Below are positions 37,404 through 50,521 of a stretch of 64,000 bases of DNA, in pieces. The notes below the pieces were generated by a model. The model had not been told where the DNA came from and ran no database searches. It saw only the letters and a program-made list of their open reading frames with translations. The position numbers and the translations under genes are program-made. This stretch comes from Dendrobates tinctorius (Eukaryota). Every line of letters starts with the position of its first letter. Position 1 is the stretch's first letter. The stretch spans positions 27,590,001 to 27,654,000 of the forward strand of contig NW_027361752.1 in NCBI RefSeq assembly GCF_039654945.1, written 5' to 3'.

Positions 37404-38714
37404 TATGACTGTTCTGAATACATCTTCTGCATAAACCTGCTGGTGCAATATAAAGAGTGGGAACTATAATGTACAACTTAGTGTGACAATCCAATTTAAG
37501 CAGTGCCCACATTACCTACCTCTCCCTAGTTTAGGGCTTACACTTTATTTAGTTTGGACTATGCTATCATTATTTCTTTAAGAACTTTATGTGTCATGTT
37601 CATGATTAAAGTATATCCACAGCTCACTTCTTCTGATATATGCATCATACACCAATAAAGTTGTTTGAATTTTTGAAAGTTCAATGTGGGTAGATGTGGG
37701 GAGAAGATTCTATTTGGATCAAATAGATTTGAAGTAAATCAAATTTGCTGCAGAGGGTTGAAAAACAATAAAACTTGTATATTTGCCTCTCCTCATCCCT
37801 TATCATTTGGTTCCTCTTCTTTTCCCTTCAGTCTTCTGGCTGGCTATGCTACAGACAAGGACAAATGCAGTCACATGGTGTGCAGAAAATATCACTGATG
37901 TGAATGATGTGTGATGCACAATAAAGGGTGATATGGGATGCAATTTCTTGATGTTTGTCATGCCCTACATGGCAACTGATTAGTAGTGGCATCCACCGGA
38001 ATACTGAAGGAAGACAATCGGAGAACTAAGCAAGGATTAGCGATGGTGAGTCAGATACGTGGAAGAGAGGAAGACGTGAGAAGGCGGAAGTGAGGTGAGT
38101 AAGAATTTATAATTAGATTTTTATTCCCTTCCCATCCTCAGAATCCAGTAAATTGAGAGCTGCACATGCTTATCTTGTTGGATTCATGTCAACTGAAATA
38201 GCACAGAAAGAGGACTCAAAAATCCTCCAATAATAGAAAACAGCAAAAGAGCAAAAAGGTTTACCCGTCCAGGCCTCCACACAAATGCACTATCAGGATG
38301 CAGTGGACCCATATAATTAAGATGGCAACACAGGTGCAAGAATACCGATGAAACAACCACTCACAGCCTACCAATACATGGAGGGGGCGGTTGCCTGGTA
38401 TGTTAATTCACAATAAAAAACTTGTATGTGGCGCTGTTCACACTATGGCCATGCATACCTGGATTCACATCAATCAAATACGGGAAAATTCGGCCTATAC
38501 TAAATTTGAATTTTTGGGGGGAAATTTGTTGCAAATTTAATTAGTTTTAATTGATTCTTTTATCTCTATGTACCACCCCTTGTGTTAAAATACATAATAT
38601 ATATTTACTTTTCTTTTTCTACAATACCTAAACTCTGTTTTTGATATTCGTGTATCACGTTAACCTTCATGACTGAGGTTTTCTCAGCACCAGAATCCCT
38701 GAGCTGAGTGAAGA

Positions 38715-39698
38715 TGTAAGGGAATGGAAAATGTTATTGTTCTATCTTTTACCTCTTTCTTGTATTTTACTGGTACTGCTACACGTTCTTATTTATTACC
38801 ATTTTGTGTTTGTCACATAGGTACTGCTATACTATTCTGTGTATTACCTTAAGGGATAAAATGTAATGTATTTTTATGTAAATGCTATGTATAACTACTG
38901 TTAAAGTTGTAGGGAAAATGTAGTACACTAGTTAGGCTACTAGATGGGGGTGGAGTTCATACTCAGTCTGTAAATAGTTAAAGTTGGAGGAGCTTGCACC
39001 CATTAAGCTGGGGAACAGCTGACATTTTAATTAGTTGGGTGGGAGCGCCCTGACAGGGCAGTCAGCTCTGTAATGTTAAAGACATGGGCCCAGCCGTTCA
39101 GGGCTTGAGGGCCACAGATGACAACACTGCAGAACACAGCCACACAGATCACAGCCGCACAGCTCACAGCAGCGCAGAACATACCAGTGCAGATAACAAC
39201 ACTACAGATGGTAGTGAGACAGTTGGCAGCAGTACGGCAGCACAAATCGCTCATTATGAGGCAGCTTGCTACATGGGCAGATGCCCTTTTGTCTGGGGTG
39301 AAAGACAGGGGATCTCCCAAAAATGGTTAAGCTGAACAGAGTGGATGCTGTGATGACGAACGGGTCGGGACGTCCCGGGGATATGCTGAAGGAATACAAT
39401 GAGAGCATAGGGAAAGTGACATAATTGTACACTGTGGAATCTGAGGTAACCGCTGTAAAGAAAATGGATGTGCTGTGTACAAAAATGAGTAAAGCTTTTT
39501 TTGCTAAAGTTGAACAGGACTGTGACTCTGTTTGTTCCACAACATCTGAGGAGAACGTGCAGCGCATTACAGAAAACCCTGAGAAGAATGGAGCTACAGG
39601 TATGCTGATAGGAAGCTGTCATGTCTAAGTGAGGGGAGGCCAGGACACCGTTGCCCCGAAGTCCTCAGGCACGACTATGGTCCTGGCCAACCCTTACA
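38715..39698. mobile_element. Solo LTR with perfect 4-bp TSD
   Basis: AAGA|TGTAAGGG ... CCCTTACA|AAGA. Confidence 0.85.
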
Positions 39699-42150
39699 AA
39701 GACACTATAGGAAACGTTTAACACCAAACAGAAAGCCATTTAGGTGGTGAAGTGACTATAGAGTTTTCTGATAATTTGCACACTACAATTCAGCACAATG
39801 GCAGCTACCTGGCCGCCATTTTTATGATTCTGCATGAAGCGAGTGGCAAAAAATATAATTCTCAAGAATTCGATTTAATTTTAAATTTAAGACAAATTCT
39901 GTTAGACTCAAATGGATTTGCTCATCTCTCTCAATAAATCATCTGAAATTGAATTAAAAGGTAAGGTACATTAGTATCATGATTAATAATAATAATAATA
40001 ATTCAAAGGATATATTATACAAAGGATATATTATACAGCCCAGTGTTTGCCACCAGAAAAGGCTGACTAATACAAAACAAGCAAGTCTGAGGGACAATCA
40101 ATTACGATAAAAAGTGCCGTAACACTAATTTAATTTACATTAGTTGAAAATTCCACAATCATATAGGAAATTTATCAAGTAGGTGTTAGCAGCAATCAGC
40201 ACTTTAGGGAATGGACATAACTATACTTTAAAATTCAGACAGAACACAGACTGTAATTGAATCGTATCCGCCAATGCTTGTTATAGTAATTTGGCAGATG
40301 AATGGCTAAGCATGCAGGTAAGTAAAGATTAGTCACTGTTAGAATTTTTTAGCAGGTAAATCAATCACTTGAGTGTTCCAGATAGAGAAAGGTCATTTTA
40401 AACCCGGCACTTGCAAATCATTAAAATGTTTAAAGGTTACCATTCTGTATATTTCCAAATCCATTAATTCATCTGTATATTTGGGTTTAAAGGATCACAA
40501 TGGCCAAAAAGAATAGTACATTTTTGTGTAATAGGTTCCTTTAATCATTTCAAAAACTAAAGATCTGTAAATAAGTCTGGATATTACAGTCAAGCAAACA
40601 GATTTGCTGAACCATAGGCCAGAATTACATCAGTACTTATTGGCAGACAGGCCAAGGCAGTGCCAACTTTTAATTCTGGCACCAGAAACCTGGCGATGTG
40701 GACAGATGTGGCATTTATCTCTTTAAGATGTGATCCCCTCATATGAGGCTTACAAAATACCAGAGGTGCCCATAATGTTGACATTCATGTGCCAGCCAAG
40801 AAATTTTCACTGACTTGTTTTAGAGTACCGACATAGATACCAGACCATGGTCCTGCAATCTTTTTTCTCTGCTCAACTAGATTCTGATTGTTTTTAAATC
40901 ATTCCTGCACTGACTGGGTAAATATGTAGAGTATTTTATTGTCATGTCTCTCTGTGAAGGAATAAAAGTTTTTGAATGCATAATGGAACCCACCCATGAC
41001 TTGATTGCAGATATTTCATTTTCCTCTATGCTTACAAAAGCTGCCATTTTTATATCACTCTGCACTTTATGTGCCTATTAATTCAGAACCAGCCACATTT
41101 AAATCATAACTATAATACTTTATCAAAGTCTGATAATGTTGAACATTTGATCAGCATTCAACAGATTTCTTCAAAGTATTTTACGGTCCCGGATAACCTT
41201 TCTCACACTATTAAAATAAGTTACTCAACAAGCATTACAGACTGTGGCAACATATGTTTAACTGAAATCAAATTTGTAAAATTAATTTAATTAGCCTGCA
41301 GTGTTTCACAAATCTGCTAAATCGAGAAAATCGTCTTCTATTTATATAGTCTTTCCAAGAACACAAACTGTAAACCTGATTGACACAATACCAGCCACAG
41401 CGAATCATCATCAAGAAGTTATTGGAACAGATGTTAGAACATTTCTAACATTTCTAAATTTGATTTCCGACTGCTTCGGTTTCTTTTCCACTCATTGATA
41501 TATATTTAAAATGCCTGCATTGTGTAAATGGCGGTTTGACAGCTGTGAAGGTACATAAACTACGTTTCACCGTAACATTTTCAATGTAGATAAAAATCTG
41601 GCTTACAACCACCTCAATGTGTTCCTCCATCCGGTTCGGAGCATAAAATTCTCTCAAATTAAAAGATATCACGTAGGCCATATGAGCCCAAATATTTAAG
41701 AATATTTAACTGACAGTGATATGAAGTCATAAAGTAGAGTTGGAGACATTATTTGTGATAGATTCGAGGTGCATGTTAATGGAACACAATGAAGACAGAT
41801 AACTCTCTCCTATTATTATTGAGCAGACAGCTGCCTTGTGAAATGTTACTATGCCACTAAACATCAATCTTGTCATGATAGCTGCTTACAGGAAAGAGAC
41901 CAAAAGTCCCCTTGTGAATCCTTAAAAAGCTATTTCTCCCTTTTGTAAAGTTGTTTAACTTTGTTTTGATTTTATGGGTATTGGCTTGGATTTAACACAT
42001 ATGAAGAGGCAGACTTGCTCGTCTAAAACGTTGGACGTGGTTCAAATTTCAAGGCATGAATTATAAAATAAAAATTCACGTCTGTTATTTCAAATGGTTT
42101 TGAAAATGTCAATCAAACGATATGACAATATAGGGTTTATAAATTTATTT

Positions 42151-42683
42151 TTAAATCTGCACTCATCCCATTTAAGTTTTTACCCTTTTAATATATTGTA
42201 ATCATCATATTATAATGCGCTATGTACTTACAATTGTTAATTTTGTTCTTCTACCCAATTAATTCTTTTCTTTTCCATTAAGTCTATGACATCACTTGAT
42301 TAAACTGTGACTAGTTGAATTATTTAACCTCTATGTAGAATCAAGTAGTGTCTTTTCTCTGCATGAGTCATCAATAGAACTACAATTCTTCATCACTGCA
42401 AAGTCTCTGGCAGGCTGAGGAGCATAGTAGCTGGCTCAGGTGTTGAAAAGGGCATAGAGGAGGGATGGCAGGGACTTTGCAGTGATGTAGAATTATAGTT
42501 CTAATGCTGACTCATGCAGGGAAAAGAGACTTCCTTAGATCTGTTTTTAATAGAGAGCTAATGAAAAAGAGAATAATTAACTGGGTAGAGAGAGTAAATG
42601 AGCAATTTTAAGTACACAGTGCTTTATAATATGATGGCTGCAATATTTTAAGAGAATGAAAACTTTGGTCATAGTGTTTCTTT
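42151..42683. mobile_element. Old palindromic MITE (T2/TTAA-type)
   Basis: Long degenerate inverted arms (CATCATATTATA..TGTACTTA..CTACCCA vs TGGGTAG..TAAGTACA..TATAATATGATG). Confidence 0.6.
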
Positions 42684-43595
42684 TATCTTTTTACAGCTGT
42701 AAAAATTGTTACGGATTCAGTGTTTTTTAATTAATTTTGGAATGGCACAAAATGGGGTAAAACTCTTATAACGCTTTTAAGATTAATACTGCATATTTAT
42801 AATTAAGATATATAACTATCCCTAGTAGCAAAGAGCATAAGTAACTCTTAGTTACTAGATGTCCCCTTTATTTTAAAGCTGCATAAATGACAAAAAAAAT
42901 CTCTTCAAATTCCGCACAACTCCTGTAGTAAGCATGAAACCACATAATATGGCTGGAGACGCACTGCAGGTGTGAGGACTGGTTACTTGGCAAGCCAAAC
43001 TTATGGGCTTACCCTAATGTTTCATTGGGTTTGCATAACAGACATTATTAATAACACAGACAGATAAGTAGTACCAGAGGGCACAAGCCTATGTGTCACA
43101 CATTTAATAGTCAATCTGTGACATTTTCTATCAGTATTGCATGGACAAAATGGGGACGTTTGACAGCATCTGCAAAGTGTTTATTCTTCATTAATGTCAA
43201 TATATGGTATAACATGTACGGAAAGTTATGATGTCAGTCAATTACTAGCCACAGTGGAGACTTGAGTTGGATCAATCCATGATGCTTATAGCCATGATAA
43301 TTTAACAAGCAAAACTTAGAGGGAGACAGGGGATGATTGCAAAATAGATATACTGTATTGTAATCCAAATCCTTAAGATACAGATTGATAAATTGCATTA
43401 TATCTACTCGGCAATCATATTTGAGTGCTGCCCCCATGAAATAAATATAAACTTATGCTTTGATTGGTTTTTGGACAATAATCCACCATAAGTCAGACAC
43501 CTTGATCTTTGAAATATAGTAATGCACAAAAGATTTAGGTAGGTGTGGAAAAAAATGCTGCAAAGTAAGAATGGTTTCAAAACTAGAAGTGAAAT

Positions 43596-45552
43596 TAGGG
43601 ATGAGAAATGTATTTGGGTGGAATTGAATTCTGCTTGAATATTACAAAAAATCTATATTCCTGATATAAATTTAATAAAATGGCAGCCAGTTCCACCTGA
43701 TGTTTTGCTGACTAGAGGGCCAAAAAAAGTAAAAAATAAAAACCTTTTCAAGTATCGCTGCTGAGTCTGATGCTTGCTGCCTGCCATGTGGTCCTCCATG
43801 TCTCTTTTTGGTCAGTTGCATATGGGTGTCTTAACTTGGTTACAAGACTTCTGGCTTTGATCAGGCCTTGAAACTCATGGTATGTCATAAAGCTATTGTG
43901 GCGCCCCTGAGGCTCAGTCGCCACAGAGGTACTGCACCTCCTAGTGAGGAGTGGTGCCCCACCATCCAGGTAAGTTGGAGGCTCCTGACCACGCTCCAAA
44001 ACTCGCATCCCACACAACACGGTAGTTCAGCAAACCCACTTTGCGGCTCCCTTCTTGGAGTGTAGCAGAGCACCTTTGGTGGCTCCCTGCTTGGAACACA
44101 AAACGTGCTGGGAGGCGGGTGGAGTTTAGAATACATAAAAGAGCGGGAAGGGTTAGGATGAGAGTTCAGTCGGTCAGTCTGGAGAGGAAGCCACTCGGAG
44201 AGGAGTGAGGGAAGAAGATCCCTGGGAGAGGGATGGAGGAAGGAGGTGCTGCAGCAGACCTCAGTGACCTGGGTCTGCTGGCACGGGAAGGAAAGAAGGA
44301 GAAAGACATTGAACTGAAACCTGATCTTCCATAAGAAAGAGAGATTAGTACGGAACAAAGGAGTAAAAGGGAACAGAGGATGTGGGTTAGGAGAGAACCC
44401 TGCCTAGAAGTTCTAAGCGCAAGGCCGGGGCCCGGTCCCCGAGGTTGTATGGATGCTAATGGGCTGCAGCAGACACCGGTGGAGTAGGGGGCTGGAAATG
44501 CACTACTCCCATCTAAGACTTGGGGGCACAACAGCAACATTGATAGTGAGCCAGGATTCAGGAGAAGGAGTCCCCGAAGCAGGCTACAGCTGTCTATTAT
44601 ACAAGTAGAGTTCTTGGGAACATCTGTCAGGAGGCACTCCAGTGTAACTCAGTACTGGGAGTACTTCACACCAAAGGCGCTATATGAGGAGACGTTCAGA
44701 AAGGTACATGTTGGTGGAGCGTTGGAAGGGAGCTTTCCATCTGGCCTGGAGGTTGACTGAGTCTCTGACCCGGAGGACAAAGTATGGAGGCAGGCACCTA
44801 CAGACTGTGAGTAAAGCTTTGGAACTACAAGCCCTGGTGTCCTCCACTGATTCTTGCGCCAACACACCCAGCACTGCTACATCTGGGTACTAGCTACTAC
44901 CCCGCTTGTGCCTCTCTTCTACCCCTACATCTACACTGCCCTGGGACTACAGCTCCACCTGTGGGGAGCTTCATCATCTTGGCTGCACCACACCACCAGT
45001 CCCAGAGGATCTGCAGGCAGCGTTGGCTTAACATCTCCTTTGCCGAACACCTATTTCATTGTTCTTTCAGCCCCCTTTTGCAATGGAGCCCCAGGGCCAC
45101 GGACTGGGCCACAGCTTCCGTGACAACTCCCATTGAGATCAACGGGCTCGCTGCCGAGTACCCCCACATCCCTGGGAGGGCGATCCACTATGATGTTTTG
45201 ATGCACCATGACCTCTGAGGCCTTGTCTTGGCCAGAAGTACTCTTCCAGAATGAAGACATTTCTGAGTGTTATAATGTCACAATACGCATGACACATTGT
45301 GACCTTCAAGGCCTGGACATATTCAGAAGTTCTGTTATTGAGTCAAGACACCAATGCGATTGCTGAAAGAAGAGGACCTAAGAACTAGAAAGGCAGCTAT
45401 AGGGGCAGTGAGGAGCTTGGTCAGGTGAGCAGTGAGGTGCGTATTAAGTTTTCAATTTGCATTTAATTGCAATTTTATGCTGCAAGGCAAATTTTGAAGT
45501 AAAATTCATGTGATTTGGCTAATTTAAATTTTGTTAGATCCGCTCATCCCTA
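43596..45552. mobile_element. Old non-autonomous hAT relic hosting the solo LTR
   Basis: TAGGGATGAG ... CTCATCCCTA termini; similar right ends at ~9580, ~36163, ~38567 and ~39930. Confidence 0.55.
43897..45187 (+). mobile_element. Complete solo LTR (1291 bp) with 4-bp TSD
   Basis: CTAT|TGTGGCGCCCCTG ... GGGCGATCCA|CTAT. Confidence 0.9.
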
Positions 45553-46073
45553 AAGTAAGTTTAACACAATCCAACATAATAGACAACATCAGTATTTTTC
45601 ACCACAGAAAAAAAAAATGGCGCTAGGACAACTCCCATTTAACGATATGAAAACCTACATAGAAATCCGGAGTATAAAGCCCAAAGTATTCAATCAAAGA
45701 GTCAGAATTATAGTGACAAAATATATGCTCTTTATTAGTACAGGTGCAAAAAATATTAAAAATACAATCATATGGTCAGATACTAGGGATGACACAAGAA
45801 AAAGGGAAAAGACCGCTGCATATACACAGTTAAGAGCAATGGTACATTGACATAGTTAGACCAGACCCCATATTAGTATGGCAAAAGCATGTGTCACAGT
45901 CCCTTACCAATCATCAATTACCTTACAAGGATAAAATCCATATCAAGGGACTTATAGAGCCATAAAAAAACCCTCATAAAGTGCTCAGTCCAAAAAGGGA
46001 TATGGGGAAAAGAATGAAAAAATCCCCATGGTTACCCATGTGGGACATCCATATGCGGCGTGTCGGGTCCCAG

Positions 46074-46114
46074 AGCCCCTGTGCACGTTTCGCGCTGGGC
46101 TTCATCGGGGGGCT
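46074..46114 (-). ncRNA. Degenerate hammerhead motif in the Penelope 3' pLTR
   Basis: Reverse strand AGCCCC-CCGATGA-A-GC..GC-GAAACGTGCAC-AGGGGCT; core has U4>C. Confidence 0.5.
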
Positions 46115-47749
46115 TGTGTGTTGCTGTTTCATGTACGGGGTATAAATGTGCAAGACACAGCTGTCCATAATTAACACCGCTGCAGAGAAACCGGCGCATG
46201 AAAAGCAGGCACCGGTCATTGGGGCGTCACATCCGGCCGTCATCGCCTATGGGAGGGACAGGGAGATACACTGCTCTCCTGACTTCACTGTCCCGCCCCA
46301 GGCCATGTTGACGCCTTTCGGAACACCCATACCAAAGCGAGACTAACCGAGCATGAGCACACTGCAGCGGCCATTTTAATTATTGGTCAGGATAAAGGAA
46401 TAAGTACATATGGAGTCAAAAACGGGAGAGTGAAAAGTGCGCGATCTTAGCACCATATAAAAATATCTTAATGCCAATCACACTGACAATGTAATATGAA
46501 GATAACATCACTCACCCACCCAAGATGGTATTGTCGCTATTGAAACGGCGAGAACTACCCGCGGCAACCATTTTTATTCCTGGCCAGGAGTAAAATAATC
46601 TATAAATATGGCCAGAGTTATAATATGATTAGTGTTGAGTGATACCATCCGATATCCTGAAATATCGGATCGGATTGGATCGGACCGATACCCATAAAGT
46701 ATCGGATATCGCCGATTCTGATACCGGAAACCAATGCAAGTCAATGGGACAGAAATATCGGAATTAAAAAATACCCTTTCTTTCCTTGTAGGTTAATTCA
46801 AAATGAAGAAAAACAACTATTAATAATGTAGAATGTATTGGGGGAGGTGGAGGAGACATTAAAGGCATAGAGGTTTAGCCCAATCAAATGGAATAGTAGG
46901 AATATTTTTTTTTTTAAAAGATGTTCGGAGTTACAAAGATATTGACAATGTTAACCTTTTTTATATTTTGTCAGATATGTATGTTTCACTACTTCCATGC
47001 TCTTCACCTTCTTTTTTACTTCTCCCACACTTTCTCCTTCATGATCCTCAGCAGCAGCAGCAGCAGCATCGTTTTCATCAAATTCTTCTTCACCTTATTC
47101 ATCTTCTTCTTCTTCACCTTCTTCCTATTATTCTTTTTTTTTACATTTTTCATATTCTTCTTATTCAACTATTATTCTTCTTCATATTCTATTTCTTCAT
47201 CTTCTTCCTATTCTTCTTCATCATATTCATATTTGTGACAGGCATTCCTGCAGTTGTTATCTATAAAAGTTTGAAGATTACACCTTCCGTTCTACCTGTC
47301 ACAAAAGATTTACAACAGGATTTGTCCGCGTTCAGTTTGGCCTGCAGCAGCAGGCATTTTCCAGGGGCACCGCGAGGAGGAAGGGACTCACCCCCATACA
47401 CTGCTTAGTCTTCTTCTGCTTATAATGTAGATAATATCTTTTGCTCTGATTTTTAGTCTTATGCTTAATGTCCTTCTGCTTTTTGTTCTTCTGCTTTTTG
47501 TTATTCTGCTTCTTGGTCTTCTGTCTCTTGTTGTTCTGTATCTTGGTGGTTGTCTTCATGTTCTTTGTCCTCTTGGTCATCTTCTTCAGGGTCATCTTTT
47601 TGGTCTTCTTCGGGGTGGTCTTCCAGGTCGTTGTCTTCAGGGTCATCGTTTTCGTGGTCGTCGTCTTCTTCGGGGTGGTCTTCAGGGTCGTCGTCAGGGA
47701 GATCCAGAGTGATAACAAAAAACCATTTCCAAAAGCTTAAACTGAGAAA

Positions 47750-49640
47750 TGTAGCAGAAGGTACAAGAAGGCTGAGGAACTGCCGAGAACCAGCTGACGG
47801 TACTGGAACCCGGATGGGTAGCAGAAGGAACAATAGCCAATGGCACTACCGAGGACCAGGTGATGGTACTGGAACCCGGTTACTAAGCAGGAGGAACCTG
47901 TGCTAGAAAGCACTACCAAGGACCAGCAGACGTTGCTGGAACTCTGATACCGAGAAGGAGGCACCTAAGCCAAAGGCACTGCCGAGAACCAGTTGAGGGT
48001 ACTGGAACCCGGATGGGTAGCAGAAGGTACCCATGAAAAACAACGTTGCAAGGCCGCGAGCCGGCTGCAGTTACCGAAACCCACAGTCCTACAGATGGTG
48101 CTGGTCCTATTGACACTACGGAACCAGACTTTTTTGCCAGATCCAGCAGCCCACATAGGAAGCCCATAAACTGCAGGCACCATAGACTTGGCTAACCCGA
48201 CCGCAACACGACAGGACAACGTATTGGTGGCAAAGTGACGTTGAAACTACCTGGAATCAGCAGGCGTGCTGGAACCAGGCTGGGCAGGAGGGAGTACCCG
48301 TGCCAAAGACACTGCCGACAACCAGCTGACGGTGCTGGAACCCGGAGGGGCAGCAGAACGAACAAAAGCCAATGGCACTACCGAGGACCAGCTGACAGTG
48401 CTGGAACCTGGTTACTAAGCAGGAGGTACCTGTGCTAGAAAGCACTACCAAGGACCAGCAGACGTTGCTGGAACTCGGATACTGAGAAGGAGGCACCTAA
48501 GCCAAAGGCACTGCCAAGAACCAGCTGACGGTAATGGAACCCGGATGGGTAGCAGAAGGTACCCATGAAAAACAAAGTTGCAAGGCCGTGAGCCGGCCGC
48601 AGTTACCGAAACCCATACCATAGACTCGGCTAACCCGACCGCAACACGACAGGACAATGTATTGGTGGCAAAATGACGTTGACACTACCCGGAAACAGCT
48701 GGCGTGCTGGAACCAGGCTGGGCAGGAGGGAGTGTCCATGCCAAAAACTCTGCCGAGAACCAGCTGACGGTGCTGGAACCCGGAGGGGCAGCAGAAGGAA
48801 CAAGAGCCAATGGCACTACCGAGGACCAGCTGACAGTGCTGGAACATGGTTACTAAGCAGGAGGTACCTGTGCTAGAAAGCACTACCAAGGACCAGCAGA
48901 CGTTGCTGGAACTTGGATCCCGAGAAGGGGGCACCTAAGCCAAAGGCACTGCCGAGAGTTAGCTGACTGTGCTGGAACCCGGATGGATAGCAGAAGCTAC
49001 AAGAGCCAATGGAACTACCGAGGACCAGCTGACGGTGCTGGAACACGGTTACTAAGCAGGAAGTACCTGTGCTAGAAAGCACTACCAAGGACCAGCAGAC
49101 GTTGCTTGAACTCGGATACCGAGAAGGAGGCACCTCAGCCAAAGGCACTGCCGAGAACCAGCTGATGGTGCTGGAACCCGGATGGGTAGCAGAAGGAACA
49201 AGAGCAAATGAAACTAGCGAGGACCAGCTGACGGTGCTGGAACCAGGAGGGGCAGCAGAAGGAACAAGAGCCAATGGTACTATCGAGGACAAGCTGACGG
49301 TACAGGAACCCGGATGGGTAGCAGGAGGTACCCATGAAAAACAAAATTGCAAGGCCGCGATCCAGCCGCTGTTACCGAAACCCACAGTCCTACAGGGGGT
49401 GCTTATCCTATTGGCACTACGGAACCAGCCTTTATTGCCAGATCCCGCAGCCCACATAGGAAGCACCTAAACTGCAGGCACCATAGAGTCGCCTAATCCG
49501 ACCGCAACATGACAGGACAACGTATTGGTGGCAAAGTGACGTTGACACTACCCGGAAACAGCTGGCGTGCTGGAACCAGGCTGGGCAGGAGGGAGTACCC
49601 GTGCCAAAGACACTGCTGGGAACCAGCTGGCGGTGCTGGG
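47750..49640. repeat. Higher-order tandem repeat of ~60-65 bp monomers inside the hAT element
   Basis: Recurring ACCAGCTGACGGTGCTGGAACCCGG..AGCAGAAGG..GGCACT, organised in blocks of several hundred bp. Confidence 0.88.
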
Positions 49641-49669
49641 ACCCAGGGTAAATACTTCAAACAGAGTGG

Positions 49670-50455
49670 AGACAGAGGCCTAATTGGGGCAAGTTTAAAT
49701 CTGTAGCTGTGTGAGTGTGGACAGAGCAGTAGAAATTGCCGGACACACAGCTGGGGATCAGCTGACATTACTGAACCCACTAACACAGGAGCTAGTGTTT
49801 TTCTCTGTGCAGTACAGTACTTCTGAGCAACAACAGGCGGTGTTGGAACCCAGGGTCAGTCAGGGTTTAGGCTGAGGCCTACTTGGAGCAAGTTTAATAT
49901 CTGATGTAGTTTGAATGTGGAGGCAGCAGGAGACTTTGCCGGACACACAGCAGGGGAGCAGCTGGCGTTACTGAACTCCACTAACACAGGAGCTAGTGTT
50001 TTTCTCTGTGCAGGTGGCACTTCTGAGCAACAACTGGCAGTGTTGAAGCCCAGGATCAATCATGGTGTAGGCTGAGGCCTCCTTGGAGCAAGTTTAATAT
50101 CTGATGTAGTTTGAATGAAGAGGGAGCAGGAGATATTGCCGCACACACAGCAGGGGAGCAGCTGGCATTACTGAACCCCACTAACACAGGAGCTAGTGTT
50201 TTTCTCTGTGCAGACGGCACTTTTGAGCAACAACTGGCGGTATTGGAGCCGAGGGTCATTCATGGAGTAGGCTAAGGCCGAATTCGAGCAAGTTTAATAT
50301 CTGATGTTGGGATGAATGTGGAGGGAGCAGAAGATATTGCCGGACACACAGCAGGGGAGAAGCTGGCGTTACTGAACCCCACTAACACTGGAGCATGTGT
50401 TTTTTCTGTGCAGACGGCACTTCTGAGCAACAACTGGCCGTGTTGGAGCCCAGGG
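49670..50455. repeat. Four ~200-bp tandem repeats downstream of the hAT transposase
   Basis: GAGGCC..GCAAGTTTAA..CCACTAACAC..TGAGCAACAAC recurs every 200 bp. Confidence 0.9.
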
Positions 50456-50521
50456 ATTACAGTTCAGGTGGTAGAAACATGAACACAACAGGAGACCTGG
50501 ATACTGTTGCCAACCAATTAT

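Noticed and set aside
39084-39628. Short ORFs resembling a gag or host exon
   Set aside because: They lie wholly inside a TSD-flanked solo LTR and derive partly from a short CACAG-rich repeat; no recognisable domain.
46921-47906. Plus-strand Phe/Val/Ser-rich membrane-like ORFs
   Set aside because: They are antisense reads of GAA/GAC-rich repeats.
49891-49905. 15-nt match to U2 snRNA (AGTTTAATATCTGAT) in the 200-bp repeats
   Set aside because: The flanks do not continue into U2 sequence and the first repeat copy lacks it; most likely a chance AT-rich match.
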